Virus record (IMG/VR): IMGVR_UViG_3300035670_000104
Length of the DNA stretch: 64,000 bases
Direction: 5' to 3' (one strand)
From: an uncultured virus (IMG/VR IMGVR_UViG_3300035670_000104)
Lineage: Duplodnaviria > Heunggongvirae > Uroviricota > Caudoviricetes
Positions 37,951 through 48,750 of this stretch are shown one piece after another. Position 1 is the first letter of the stretch. Each line of letters starts with the position of its first letter. A program made the position numbers and the translations under genes. A model generated the notes under the pieces. It ran no database searches. It was not told the origin of the DNA and saw only the letters and a program-made list of their open reading frames with translations.

Positions 37951-38334
37951 ATGGAAATTAGTAAGGATTTTAAAGAATGGCTGAGTCAGTATGGTCATGA
38001 TTATTCAGAGAGAAACACAGTAGAGCGACGAGAGTATATAAGTAGCACTAACTTGTTTGACGGCAAGACACTTTCGGAGGTGATTCTAAGTGCCAAGGCA
38101 TTAATGGCTGAATACGGTGATGTAACCTATGAAGAACATTGGACAGGGTATGAAGATATGTCGCCTTCTTTGGTTTGGTATGCAGAAGAGACAGATGAGG
38201 AATACTCTGATAGGATTGAAGGGCTTCACAATACTTATCTGAAGCAATGTGCTGAAGAGAAGAAACGTAAAGAACGAGAGAAGCTTGAAGAAGAAATGAA
38301 AGCTATTCAAAATAAGTTGAATGCTTTGAAGTAA
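37951..38334 (+). CDS. hypothetical protein
   Basis: AGGAGG RBS; TGCTATGAT promoter. Confidence 0.7.
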   Translation: MEISKDFKEWLSQYGHDYSERNTVERREYISSTNLFDGKTLSEVILSAKALMAEYGDVTYEEHWTGYEDMSPSLVWYAEETDEEYSDRIEGLHNTYLKQCAEEKKRKEREKLEEEMKAIQNKLNALK

Positions 38335-38347
38335 ACTTAATAAAGGA

Positions 38348-38557
38348 GTGAACATGAAGTTTAAGAAATCTTACACAAATGATACAACCATAACTGAGGA
38401 TGTTTATGACAACAGTTATCCTAAAGAGCCTATAGGAGGTACAAATCCGTATTGGTGTTGTACTAGTTGTGGAAAAAGTGATCCAGCAATCAATGGTAGG
38501 TTGCAAAATCATCACACGTGGTGTGAATACAGGTTGCGTAAAGAATCAGAAATTTGA
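38348..38557 (+). CDS. small Zn-binding protein
   Basis: CTSC..HHTWC. Confidence 0.55.
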   Translation: MNMKFKKSYTNDTTITEDVYDNSYPKEPIGGTNPYWCCTSCGKSDPAINGRLQNHHTWCEYRLRKESEI

Positions 38558-38591
38558 TAGGATACACTCATCACTTAACAAAGGAGAGACT

Positions 38592-38903
38592 ATGAAACTT
38601 ACTATCTATTCATTCAAGACATATGAAGATTTTCAAACCCTTAAAGGTGAATTTAACCATCTTGGGTATGATGTTATGTACAACATTTATGGAGCCTATG
38701 TGCGCCATTCCGAAGAAGCTGTGAAGTACTTCACTTCAATCACAGAAGGTGTTTCAACACAGGAAATCTTGTGCAACAATGGAGACATGGTGAATTACAT
38801 GCTCGGTTGGTGCGAAGACAATGGTTGGGATGCGGAGGTTGTGTACTGTTCTGAAGGTAAAATTGATACAGCTCCTATGGTAGATGGTTTCTTGACAAAC
38901 TGA
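38592..38903 (+). CDS. hypothetical protein
   Basis: AGGAG RBS before ATG 38592. Confidence 0.6.
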   Translation: MKLTIYSFKTYEDFQTLKGEFNHLGYDVMYNIYGAYVRHSEEAVKYFTSITEGVSTQEILCNNGDMVNYMLGWCEDNGWDAEVVYCSEGKIDTAPMVDGFLTN

Positions 38904-38940
38904 CCTTATGGTTGGTATATTCCAGAATAAAGGAGAAAAC

Positions 38941-39372
38941 ATGCAGCACATCGCTATGATAGAAAGGAAAGAAGAGACTTCTTGGTTTCCTAAGATTGGT
39001 GTTTATGATTTCAATCATTGGTATCCTAAATCTAAAGTTAAGAAGTGGTTGAAGAAATCAATCGAGAGGTTTCTAATGAAACAGAAGATTGAGTATAATG
39101 AAGCAACTGTGAAGTTCAAGAACATTAGGATTGATGAAGACAATATTCTTGCTCAACTTAAAATCTCTTCTGATGTACTTTACAAAGCTCACATGGAAGC
39201 TAGACACATCTTGATTGGCAGGGACAGATATTATGAACTGGTTGGAGAGATTGGACAAATGTTTACAGTTTCTGCAAACTATCAAGACAGATTTGAAGTG
39301 TTTGGAATGAAAGTTACATTTGTTCCATGGATGGAAGGTGTTCTTATTTTACCAAAGGATTTTAAATGCTAA
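38941..39372 (+). CDS. hypothetical protein
   Basis: AGGAG RBS before ATG 38941. Confidence 0.65.
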   Translation: MQHIAMIERKEETSWFPKIGVYDFNHWYPKSKVKKWLKKSIERFLMKQKIEYNEATVKFKNIRIDEDNILAQLKISSDVLYKAHMEARHILIGRDRYYELVGEIGQMFTVSANYQDRFEVFGMKVTFVPWMEGVLILPKDFKC

Positions 39373-39650
39373 CAGTTCCAAAAACACTTGAAGAATTTGC
39401 AAAAGCAAATAACAAATCAGTAGAAGTTGTCAAACGTGAGCTTTTCAGTTATATCGATATGTTGATGGAAATGAATATTTCGGCGGAGGTGTTGGATTGT
39501 GGACTCTATCATAACCACATACACAATTCTCCGAAGAATATGGTAGACTCCCATAAAGCTTTGTTATTTGCAAAGTATGACCACCTTTGTGGAAATATCC
39601 CAGAACCGTCTGGACCGAGCATTATTTTTGTTTATCATGAGGAGATTTAA
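39366..39650 (+). CDS. hypothetical protein
   Basis: Coupled ORF in run of small genes to 40255. Confidence 0.55.
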   Translation: MLTVPKTLEEFAKANNKSVEVVKRELFSYIDMLMEMNISAEVLDCGLYHNHIHNSPKNMVDSHKALLFAKYDHLCGNIPEPSGPSIIFVYHEEI

Positions 39651-40244
39651 TGACCAATGAGCAAATGAAAATCCGTCTCAAATCTCTTGAGAAAGCTCTT
39701 GAAATTTCTGAAAAAGATGCTGACAGATATCGCTGGCTTAAGGAATGTGGATTGGTTAATTGGTTATCATTCCTTGAATTCTCTGCAGGTCAGGATGTAG
39801 ATGTAGCTATCGATTTTATTAGATACAGCGGGGATCAATAGCATGGTCTTATCTGGAAAAGCAAAAGAGCAACAGAATGCAGCCTATCTTTGGAAATTAC
39901 GTATAGAAGACCGTGGAATTGACGCAGCAATATGTGACAAATACCCAGATCTGTTTACTGAAGATGAGGAGTTGTACTCTGCACATTCCCAATACTTAGA
40001 TGCAATTGAAAAGATAAATTCACGGATGAAGGTGCTTTCGATTACATCAGGAAAATCACTGAAGGATCTATAATGGATTTTGAAAATATTATTTTGGAAG
40101 AGCAATCTAGATATTTCAAAGATGGGTTCTATTCGTTTAGAAATACAGGAAAAATTGTTCTTCCTGATGGGGAAGGACAGGAGGCTATTGAAGAATATGT
40201 TTTAGGATTTGAATACGGGAATTATTACTTCAATGACGAGGAGA

Positions 40245-40583
40245 ATGACTATTAAAATGACAACCTATGAATACCTACTAGACAGAAAGAACAACAATCT
40301 TCCTGTTGTTCCTGAATGAATTGTCTGTGCTGCGAATAGAAAAGGAATTGTACTTTTATTATCTGTACGCCACTGGGATGTGGAAATGATGCTACAATAC
40401 GACAGATACAAGCATGCAGGAGGGGAATATGATATAGATCATTTTGAAGAAGGCTTCTATACGAATTGGCATCGCTTTGTTTCTCGTGAAGAAGCTATGA
40501 AGATTGCTAAAGAACAAGGACAAATTTATCGTCCAGAAGGAACACACAACCCTGATGTGCTGTATAGTGAGTGTTTGTATTGA
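40245..40583 (+). pseudogene. phage ORF interrupted by in-frame TGA at 40317-40319
   Basis: ..VVPE*IVCAANRK..RHWD..EGFYTN..REEAMKIA..LYSE read in one frame. Confidence 0.6.
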
Positions 40584-41120
40584 AAGGAATTTGAAATGTC
40601 GGTAAACTATGTTGTCGCACTACTTATGTTGGAGATTTGGAGTGTGGAAAAGATTGACAAACGACTTCCACGGAAATACTATAACAGATGTGCTTTGTAT
40701 AGAAAAACCCGTGGCATTGTGCTGCATGATCGTGCCATGAATGGAGAGTTTGATGTATAATTTACCCTACGACTACGCACGTTGTAATGGAACAACAAAT
40801 GAAACATGCTCAGACTGCATGCGTAAGCTGTCTCCAGGACGTGCTGTGTGGCAATCTTTCATTTCTGTTGCTCCAGAAGATAACGGACAATGCAAGTACA
40901 AGATTTCTGTAGAACAATGGACAGGAGAGAAACATGAGTAACAATCTAACAACAGCAGAATATTTGCTTAAGCAGCTTACCAACGCTCTTGACAATGCAT
41001 TCATTTCCACATGGCAAAGTACACATGCTTGGCAAGCACAACTGGATGAAGCTAAACAGTACCTATATGAAAAAGAGAACGCAGAGGAAATCAAATCCAC
41101 ATTGAAGTCACTAGGTAAGG

Positions 41121-41495
41121 ATGTCAAGCATGATTAAACCTATTTGGTCGAAGGCTCCAGAATGGGCTTCCTACTTCGTAGAGCTTGAAGGCGGACGAGT
41201 GTTCTGGTCTGACAAGGAGTATTCTGGTAGAATTGGGTTTAACCTGAACGAGTCTCTCCCTGCTATTGTTCTCCCAGATGTAGAGGATTCTAATGAATTC
41301 TTCTCCCTACGTGTGGTACAATGCACTCCACGTCCTAAATGGAAAACATTGATTCATTTCAAGTGGGATGGAGTAGTGGTAACATACGAGGCTGAAGGAA
41401 AGCTTACACATTCTACTGTAAAACGTCAGCTAATGGATGAAATGGGAGTTGACGCAAGCATTCGTGTTATGCTAGAATACATTGAAATTGTTTAA
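41121..41495 (+). CDS. hypothetical protein
   Basis: WSKAPEWA motif. Confidence 0.6.
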   Translation: MSSMIKPIWSKAPEWASYFVELEGGRVFWSDKEYSGRIGFNLNESLPAIVLPDVEDSNEFFSLRVVQCTPRPKWKTLIHFKWDGVVVTYEAEGKLTHSTVKRQLMDEMGVDASIRVMLEYIEIV

Positions 41496-41666
41496 AGGAG
41501 AATGAAATGGTAGAAGTATTGGTTTGGATGCTTATTCATACTTCAAGTCCTTACGGAATCGTAAACAATCTTGGAAATTTTAAGACCAAAGAACAATGCG
41601 AGAGTGTGGGAAAGCAAATTAAAAGAGGAGACTATTCTTGTATCCAAGCAAACATCCTTGTCCTGC

Positions 41667-41753
41667 GCTAAAACGCTCTTAAAACGTTTTAAATAGCTTG
41701 TTAGTACGTAGCCTTTGGTTGTGTTAAAATAAGCGTTTCTAGGCTGTTCTAGC
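41667..41753. repeat. dispersed imperfect inverted-repeat element, copy C
   Basis: Shares TTTAAATAG and GCGTTTCTAGG with copy B at near-identical spacing. Confidence 0.65.
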
Positions 41754-41785
41754 CGTGTTAAAAGTCATTTTGAAAGGAGAATTAA

Positions 41786-41992
41786 GTGAAAGTATTCAAG
41801 ATTAAGATTATTTATAAGTCTGGTGCTACTCATGAGTTCTTGGCTAAGAAGTTTGAATATGAAGGATTTGCAGTGGGTGGTAAAGTGACTTGGAAGACTT
41901 ACTCTATGGAAAATCAGCCGCTGCTTTTTGGTCTAGACGATGTCGCTGCTATATGGCAAGTCGGTGTGTTGGAAGTTGGAGATAATTCTTGA
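41786..41992 (+). CDS. hypothetical protein
   Basis: AGGAG RBS, GTG start. Confidence 0.6.
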   Translation: MKVFKIKIIYKSGATHEFLAKKFEYEGFAVGGKVTWKTYSMENQPLLFGLDDVAAIWQVGVLEVGDNS

Positions 41993-42497
41993 CTAAAGAA
42001 TAGGGAAATAACACAGCCCTTTAAATTTGTGTTATAATTCAGGTATAACAAGTGTTGTTATGTTTTAACGTAAAGGAGAAAAATGTTTTCAACTCTATTG
42101 AATGATAACTACAACAAGGTTGTAGAAGCTTTTAAAGACTGGGAAGATGAGTATCGCAAAGACCCAACTTCATTTCTGACTCCAAAGGAATGCGAGAAGA
42201 TGGAAGTTGCAGATATTAGTGAACAACGTGCGATTGCATTCATTGCATATGTACGTCAACGTGAAGATTAAATTAAAGGAGAAAGTAAATGAAGAGTGTA
42301 AATGAGCTGCGTATTCCAGCTTATGCTGTTGTGAATGTTGATACGAAGAAGGTGGTACATCTGGCTTATAGTCGTGAAGAAGGTCGTGTAGAACTTCAAG
42401 ACCGCAAGACACGGTTTACAGAGTACAATTACAAGCTGTTGAAGCTTGCCCCAGAAAAGTTCGTTCGTTGAATGGGTTGTTCATTAAAGGAGATTTA

Positions 42498-42722
42498 ATG
42501 TTTAAGATGAAAAGAAAGTTTGTTGTGGAGCTTACATACAAGCAATACAACGAGCTGTGTAAGCGGGCTGAAAAGAATCCGAAAGGTGATGACGCAGATT
42601 TCAACCCAATGGACTACTCTGGTGGCAATTTTGATGATTGCTACTACCTTGGACGAGAAGATGGCGATATTGATGCAGCACGAGAAGTTCTGTCTCTATT
42701 GACAGAAGAAATTGAAGATTAA
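42498..42722 (+). CDS. hypothetical protein
   Basis: AGGAG RBS; one of the small genes 42083-42722. Confidence 0.6.
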   Translation: MFKMKRKFVVELTYKQYNELCKRAEKNPKGDDADFNPMDYSGGNFDDCYYLGREDGDIDAAREVLSLLTEEIED

Positions 42723-42750
42723 AGTTTAAACAGAGAAGGAAATTAAGAAA

Positions 42751-43554
42751 ATGGTAAAGCTAGTACAAGGTGTAATTCAACGTATCTCCATCAAGCCAAT
42801 CCCAAATGGCCCTGATCGTTTTGAGAACAATTTCCGTCGATCTTTTCAGGTTGATGACGTGTGGTACAGCATGGGAGGGTGTAAGACTGATAAGTGGAAT
42901 GTGAAGATCGGTAACGACTTTAAGGTTCTGGGTGTTGGTAGCACTGTTGCTTTCAAGGCAGAACAGTCTGGTGACTTCTGGAATGGTAAGAGTCTGATGG
43001 TTCTTGAATTGGTTGAAGGTAGTGACGCAAAGCCTGCCCAGCAACAGCAGTCTTCAGATACAGCTAAGGGTAGCTACACACCAAAGCCACGCAATGACAC
43101 AGGCATTCAACTGGGACATTCCGTAAATGGTGCAATGAATTTTCTAATCACTTGGGGTGTTGAAGCTTCCAATGAAAACATTATTTCTTACGGCAAGAAA
43201 GTTCACGGTGCAACAGAAAAGCTAAAGAAGGAACACAAGGAAGCTAACCATGAGATGAGTGATTATGATGCTTCTGCGAGTGTCGGTAATGCTATTCTGA
43301 ATGCATGTAAGCTTGTCGGTACAGAAGCTGACTTTGAGCAAGGAGTATATGAGATTGCAAAGGATTTGCTAGAAAATGTTGTAAAACCTCTTGGTGAATT
43401 TATTCGTGCTCCGAAGGAATCAGTACAGCCTGCCAAAATTACGCGATCAGCTCCATCCAAGAAAACAGCCACTAAAGCAAAGCCTGTAGAGCAAGAGATT
43501 CCAGAGCCTGCTGATGCTGGATTTGATGATCTGGGAGACGATTTTCCGTTCTGA
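42751..43554 (+). CDS. putative single-stranded DNA-binding protein
   Basis: OB-like N-terminus; acidic tail ending DDLGDDFPF. Confidence 0.65.
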   Translation: MVKLVQGVIQRISIKPIPNGPDRFENNFRRSFQVDDVWYSMGGCKTDKWNVKIGNDFKVLGVGSTVAFKAEQSGDFWNGKSLMVLELVEGSDAKPAQQQQSSDTAKGSYTPKPRNDTGIQLGHSVNGAMNFLITWGVEASNENIISYGKKVHGATEKLKKEHKEANHEMSDYDASASVGNAILNACKLVGTEADFEQGVYEIAKDLLENVVKPLGEFIRAPKESVQPAKITRSAPSKKTATKAKPVEQEIPEPADAGFDDLGDDFPF

Positions 43555-43634
43555 TGTAGAGTAGGTTGTTTGCAGAGGAATTAGTCCCCCTCTGCAAGCT
43601 AGAATTGTTTAAAACAAGAAGTTGAAGGGAATGT

Positions 43635-44030
43635 ATGTCTAAGTCCAATTTGCAAGAAATCTCTCCTGAACAACGACAGGAGATGATTGAGAAGGCCCGG
43701 ATTGCACGAGAAGCTAAGCAAGAAGCAGGCAAGAATCTGAAACAAGATTGGCTTGATGCTCCGTTGTGGGCATACTTGCGAAGTGAGGTTGGACTGCGTT
43801 CACCTCCTTCTTATATTTCTTGCTCAGAAACGAAGTACATCAAACGTACTTTGAAAGCTATAGGTAAGGATAATGAGTGGTACTATGAGAATTTTAGTAG
43901 TCCTATGACTAAGTTTGCAAAGGATAACCCGAATGTTCCTGCCTATGTGTTGCAAGGGTTGATGCTGGAAGCAGCTTACTCTGAGTTGGTGAACAACAGA
44001 AAGAGTGAAGGAAACAGTAATGACAACTAA
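43635..44030 (+). CDS. hypothetical protein
   Basis: RBS; TAGAAT promoter upstream. Confidence 0.6.
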   Translation: MSKSNLQEISPEQRQEMIEKARIAREAKQEAGKNLKQDWLDAPLWAYLRSEVGLRSPPSYISCSETKYIKRTLKAIGKDNEWYYENFSSPMTKFAKDNPNVPAYVLQGLMLEAAYSELVNNRKSEGNSNDN

Positions 44031-44137
44031 TTGGGAGTTTTGGGCAGAGTGTTTGGAGCAAGCTCTTGAAGAAATGGATGGTACAGATTTGATTATTGAA
44101 CGTGCTCAAGAGCTTTATAACAGCGGAGATAACGAAC

Positions 44138-44470
44138 ATGACTGAATTTACACAAGAACAGTTGATTAAAATTTTAAAAGTCTGCGACCCGGATGAGGAT
44201 TATTCTGAACATCGTCGAGGTTCTACATTCTACGTAGGACATTATGTAGAAGTAACACGAGAGGATGTTTCTTGGGTTTCAGAGCATGCTAACCTCGACA
44301 TTTCGAGTTTGGTTGGCAAGAGAATTTATGCACATGGTACATACGATGACAACTGGGGAAGTGATTACTTTGAGGCCTACGTGCTGGAAAAGACTGAAGA
44401 AGTAGTTCCTGCTTGGACAGAAGTGATTGAACATCCTGAGTCGGTGAAGGTTACATGGAATAAAATTTAA
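44138..44470 (+). CDS. hypothetical protein
   Basis: GGAG RBS. Confidence 0.6.
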   Translation: MTEFTQEQLIKILKVCDPDEDYSEHRRGSTFYVGHYVEVTREDVSWVSEHANLDISSLVGKRIYAHGTYDDNWGSDYFEAYVLEKTEEVVPAWTEVIEHPESVKVTWNKI

Positions 44471-44488
44471 TTGAAAGGAAATTAAGAA

Positions 44489-44779
44489 ATGAATATTGAA
44501 GAACGTCTGTCTCGTTATGGTGTTGCTGATGAAAACGGCGAGTTGGTGATTGATAAGGTGCGTGAAAAGAAGGACATTATTGATTCCGGTGTTCGACTTC
44601 TGCATGAAATTGAAACTCTGAAGTCAGCCATTAAGGAAATTCTGGAAGATGCGAAGGACCGTGGGTATGACAAAAAGTCAATAAAACTAATTATTGACAA
44701 TGTTTTTAAAAATGAAATTAGTGAAAAGATTGCAGAACTTCAGCAAATTGAATTGGAAATATCTAACCTCTATGGTTGA
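44489..44779 (+). CDS. GapR/DUF2312- or T4 DsbA-like dsDNA-binding protein
   Basis: IKEILEDAKDRGYDKKSIKLII motif. Confidence 0.65.
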   Translation: MNIEERLSRYGVADENGELVIDKVREKKDIIDSGVRLLHEIETLKSAIKEILEDAKDRGYDKKSIKLIIDNVFKNEISEKIAELQQIELEISNLYG

Positions 44780-44824
44780 AGCATAAACACCCGTAGGGTG
44801 TTTATTTATTTATCGGAGATGAAT

Positions 44825-45520
44825 ATGGGTGTTAGTAGAGTTGGCGTACTTGTTGGAGATAAAAACAATTTCCTAGAAGTTCTATACCTAGTTAAGTGGC
44901 GCGCGTCAAGTAAGATTCGGACAATGGCTTGGGTAAGGTGTGTCTGCGGCGTGGAAAAGTTTATCAAGGCCAGCGATTTTAAGAGGGGGACGACAAAGAG
45001 TTGTGGATGTAAACGGTCATTTTTAATATCGAAGGGAGAGGGTAATCACGGGTACTCTCATCACCCCCTGTGGAGCATTTATTCTTCTATGAAACAGAGG
45101 TGTAAAGATCAGTCGCAACAAGCATACTCCGAATATGGTGGAAGAGGTATTAGAGTGTGTGATAGATGGCTTGAACCTGATGGGAAAGGATTCCTGAACT
45201 TTCTTGAAGACATGAGTGAACGTCCTGAAGGTATGACACTAGATAGGATTAATCCGGACGGTGATTATTGTAAAGAAAATTGCAGATGGGAAAGTAGAAA
45301 TGTCCAGTCTTTTAACACAAGAAAAAGAAAAGACAATCCTCTAGGTTGTACTGGAGTTGGATTATCTGAGAATGGCGAGAAATATCTTGCTCGTATAGCT
45401 GTTGGTGGAAAGACAATTCACTTGGGAACATTTTTGTCTTTAGAGTCAGCAATTACTGCGCGAAGGCAAGCTGAGTTAAAATATTATGGTGAATTAAAAC
45501 CAGAAGCAAGGGAGGAATAA
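44825..45520 (+). CDS. HNH/AP2 homing endonuclease
   Basis: CVCG, SCGC, YGGRGIRVC, LDRINP..ENCRW, AP2-like tail; ATAAACACCC/GGGTGTTTAT hairpin upstream. Confidence 0.9.
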   Translation: MGVSRVGVLVGDKNNFLEVLYLVKWRASSKIRTMAWVRCVCGVEKFIKASDFKRGTTKSCGCKRSFLISKGEGNHGYSHHPLWSIYSSMKQRCKDQSQQAYSEYGGRGIRVCDRWLEPDGKGFLNFLEDMSERPEGMTLDRINPDGDYCKENCRWESRNVQSFNTRKRKDNPLGCTGVGLSENGEKYLARIAVGGKTIHLGTFLSLESAITARRQAELKYYGELKPEAREE

Positions 45521-46536
45521 TGAGCTTTCACACGAACTTAGTTGATGCAGACTGGATACTTCATGCAGCATCTCACTCCGGGGAGAAAAAGACGATTAAG
45601 GCAATTGAAAAGCAATCAGGTAATGAATATGATCTGAAGTCACGTACTGAGCTGTGGGGTCGGAAGAAGTCTAGGGATGGCGGTTTTCTTGCCGAACTGA
45701 ATAAGTCTAGAACAACACTCCTCACATGGGAAGACTTTGACATTATTGATGTACAAACACCAGAAGAAATCTCTAATGTTCTTCATACAGTCAAGATGAT
45801 GGTGCAAGGTGTTGCCAAGTCAACCGGCGTAGAAAGGACAAAGTTATTTGTTGGCGAAGGTAAATCCTTTAGATACGACAGAGCAACTCTTCTAGAATAC
45901 AAGGGAACGAGAACTCATAACCTTATTCCAGTACACAAAGATGCGGTTAAAGAGTATTTGATTAAACATCATGGAGCAGAAGTCATTACCGATCTAGAAG
46001 TGGATGACTGGGTTGTGTGTTTAGGTCAAGAAAAAGGTAATCTTGTAGTGTCTGTTGACAAAGATAGTATGGGATGCCCTATTGATCTTTTTAATCCTAT
46101 GCATCCTGAGTGGGGTATTATGGATTGTAGAGGTCTTGGAAAATTATGGTGGGATACAACAGGTAAGCAAAAGAAGCTCCGTGGTATTGGTCGTAAGTGG
46201 TTGTATACACAATGCCTAATTGGAGACCCAGTTGATGCGATTAGTCCGACAGCAGCATCTACTCTAGAGTTTGGTGAGGTATCGGCATTTAACGCCCTAA
46301 GCGAATGCACATCAGATTTGGAATGCTTTAAGATTATGAAAGATGTCTACCAGAAAATGTACCCAAAGATGGTGAGAGTACACCACTGGAATTCTACAGA
46401 AGATAATCCGATTATTCTGAATGTTGATTGGCGCTACGCACTTAACGAAGTATGGGATTTGGTTAGGATGCGTAGAAGTGTTGACGATATTGTAACTGCT
46501 CAGGAAGTATTTACAAAACACGGACTTTGGAATTGA
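45520..46536 (+). CDS. 5'-3' exonuclease (T7 gp6/FEN-like)
   Basis: VDADW, YKGTR, EVDD, VDKD, GDPVD. Confidence 0.88.
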   Translation: MSFHTNLVDADWILHAASHSGEKKTIKAIEKQSGNEYDLKSRTELWGRKKSRDGGFLAELNKSRTTLLTWEDFDIIDVQTPEEISNVLHTVKMMVQGVAKSTGVERTKLFVGEGKSFRYDRATLLEYKGTRTHNLIPVHKDAVKEYLIKHHGAEVITDLEVDDWVVCLGQEKGNLVVSVDKDSMGCPIDLFNPMHPEWGIMDCRGLGKLWWDTTGKQKKLRGIGRKWLYTQCLIGDPVDAISPTAASTLEFGEVSAFNALSECTSDLECFKIMKDVYQKMYPKMVRVHHWNSTEDNPIILNVDWRYALNEVWDLVRMRRSVDDIVTAQEVFTKHGLWN

Positions 46537-46550
46537 GAAAGTGTGGTATA

Positions 46551-47150
46551 ATGACTAGAAAGAAACCTTATAAGTATGAGAAATACTGGAACTTCCCCGG
46601 ATCAATCTGGAAAACAGAATCTGCATGGTTCTCATGGATTAGATCGTCCCTTCGTAAATCGTGGAATAGGCATCCCTGCAAGATTGCTAAATTGAATGCA
46701 GAAAGAATCAAGATTCCTAACCCAAACCCTAAAGGGGTCACTAGGTTTCCTGAAGTGTGGGGTGGGAAGTGTTCATGCTGTGGGGGTGTCTATCCGCTAT
46801 CGACTTCTAAGAAGGAAGGTCGTGCAAAAGTAGTCATCCAAGTGGATCACATCTTAGAAAGCGGCAGTCTCACAGATGTATCCCATCTACAACGTTTCGT
46901 AGAGCGTCTTTTTGTTGTTTCTCCAGATGATTTACAATTGATTTGCTCTGTGTGCAATAAAGTGAAGGATTACGCAGCACGTAACAACATGACATTTGAG
47001 GAAGCAAAGCTAGAGAAAGAAGCTAAAGCTATTGTTGACGCTAAGGAAGACAAACAATTCTTGCTTGACAGAGACATTCTCCCAGCCTCTGCACAAGCTA
47101 ACAGACGCAAGCAGGTCTTTGAACAGCTTAAGAAAGAGAGAGGACTGTGA
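46551..47150 (+). CDS. HNH endonuclease
   Basis: CSCC, QVDHI, LQLICSVCN. Confidence 0.75.
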   Translation: MTRKKPYKYEKYWNFPGSIWKTESAWFSWIRSSLRKSWNRHPCKIAKLNAERIKIPNPNPKGVTRFPEVWGGKCSCCGGVYPLSTSKKEGRAKVVIQVDHILESGSLTDVSHLQRFVERLFVVSPDDLQLICSVCNKVKDYAARNNMTFEEAKLEKEAKAIVDAKEDKQFLLDRDILPASAQANRRKQVFEQLKKERGL

Positions 47151-47325
47151 AGTTTACACATCAAGAATACAAAGACATGACTGAAGCTGCTTGGAGAGCT
47201 TTCGAAGAAACTCTGAGCACTTGGGGAGTTACGGAAGATCAGATTAACAAGTTTTATCGCTATGCTGACGATTCAATTGCTAAGATTGATGACTATGTAG
47301 CACAAGTTATTGAATGGGAGGATGA

Positions 47326-47661
47326 ATGAATATTTTTGCAAGACAACACACAGCTTATCATTCAGATATTGAGAAAGCATTGGGTAAGAAGCTTTCAGAA
47401 GCCTCTAAAGAGGAAATCTTAGCTTTGTTTCCAGAGAACATGTTTGAGCGTTGGGCTAAAAACGAGACAGACCTTAAGCTAACAGTAGGTAAGTTTCAAT
47501 ACGACAAGACTATGTGTTGGTGGCAACGACTTAACTATGTTTGGGTGTTACCTCTGTACGTGGTCGTAATCGGCCCCGTTCATTGGATTGCAACAGGTAG
47601 TTGGGGAGTTGAGCGAACTTCTTCCTTTGGTAAGTTATTGAAGAAACTTGTAGGAGAATGA
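47326..47661 (+). CDS. hypothetical protein
   Basis: GGAGG RBS. Confidence 0.6.
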   Translation: MNIFARQHTAYHSDIEKALGKKLSEASKEEILALFPENMFERWAKNETDLKLTVGKFQYDKTMCWWQRLNYVWVLPLYVVVIGPVHWIATGSWGVERTSSFGKLLKKLVGE

Positions 47662-48429
47662 ATGAAAATTTGTTGCGTAGCTGATACACAGTGTAAGCCA
47701 GGAGAAGACCTATCTTACATGCACGCTATTGGGAAATATCTGGCTGATAAGCGCCCAGATGTCATTGTCCATATAGGTGATGCTTATGATTTTGAAAGTC
47801 TTTCTTCCTACGACAAAGGTAAGCGTTCTTTTGAAGGACGAAGACTGAAGGCAGATATTGAGGCGGGGAACAAAGGTATGGAACTGCTGATGGAACCTAT
47901 CAGAAACTTGCAAAACCAGCAAAAACGGTTTAAGAAGAAGGTGTATAATCCACGTTTGGTGTTCTGCCTCGGGAATCATGAAGACCGCTTTGATCGTATG
48001 TCAAGAGATATGCCAGAGCTTGAGGGTTTTGTTGGAACGGAAACACTAAACCTTGAAGAAAATGGTTGGGAAGTTCATCCTTTTCTGAAGCCATGCGTAA
48101 TTGAAGGAATCCATTTCGTACACTATCTTGCCAACCCGTTTACAGGGAAGCCTTATGGTGGTACAGCTTTGAGTCAGTTGAAGAATGTTGGCGCTTCTTT
48201 TGTTGTAGGTCACAAGCAGACACTTGATGTTGCCATGCTTCCAACTCTGGACGGTAAAATGCGTTTAGGTGTTATCAATGGGGCTTGCTATCCATTCGAG
48301 GAAAACTATAAGGGTTATCAAGGTAACAATCACTTCCGTGGTATTACAATGTTGCATGAAGTCAAGGATGGATTTGCACTCCCGATGTTTGTTTCTCTAG
48401 ATTTTTTGCAAAACAAGTATCTCGGTTAA
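47662..48429 (+). CDS. calcineurin-like metallophosphoesterase
   Basis: ADTQ, IGD..D, GNHE, GHKQ. Confidence 0.85.
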   Translation: MKICCVADTQCKPGEDLSYMHAIGKYLADKRPDVIVHIGDAYDFESLSSYDKGKRSFEGRRLKADIEAGNKGMELLMEPIRNLQNQQKRFKKKVYNPRLVFCLGNHEDRFDRMSRDMPELEGFVGTETLNLEENGWEVHPFLKPCVIEGIHFVHYLANPFTGKPYGGTALSQLKNVGASFVVGHKQTLDVAMLPTLDGKMRLGVINGACYPFEENYKGYQGNNHFRGITMLHEVKDGFALPMFVSLDFLQNKYLG

Positions 48430-48471
48430 TAAATCTGTGGTATAATTACATTTTAGACAGAAAGGAAAACA

Positions 48472-48750
48472 ATGGAACAAAACAATCTACTAATTGCACA
48501 AGGCTTGAACAACTTGTTTGTGTGGTTTGCTTCTTTGAAGCCTAACGCTTACACTAAGAAGCCTTCTGTAAATATTAAGCAAGCTGATGCTATTGAAATT
48601 CTGAAGCAGCTAAATCAAATCTGTGCTATTACAGGTTATCAAAATCGTGTTGTAGAAAATGGGGATGGGACAGTGAGTGTTATTCTGGAGCCAATTGAGT
48701 TTCCAGAATCAGAAGAGCAAGCTGTTGAACAAGTAACTAAGGAGGGTTAA
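48472..48750 (+). CDS. hypothetical protein
   Basis: TGGTATAAT promoter; AGGA RBS. Confidence 0.6.
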   Translation: MEQNNLLIAQGLNNLFVWFASLKPNAYTKKPSVNIKQADAIEILKQLNQICAITGYQNRVVENGDGTVSVILEPIEFPESEEQAVEQVTKEG

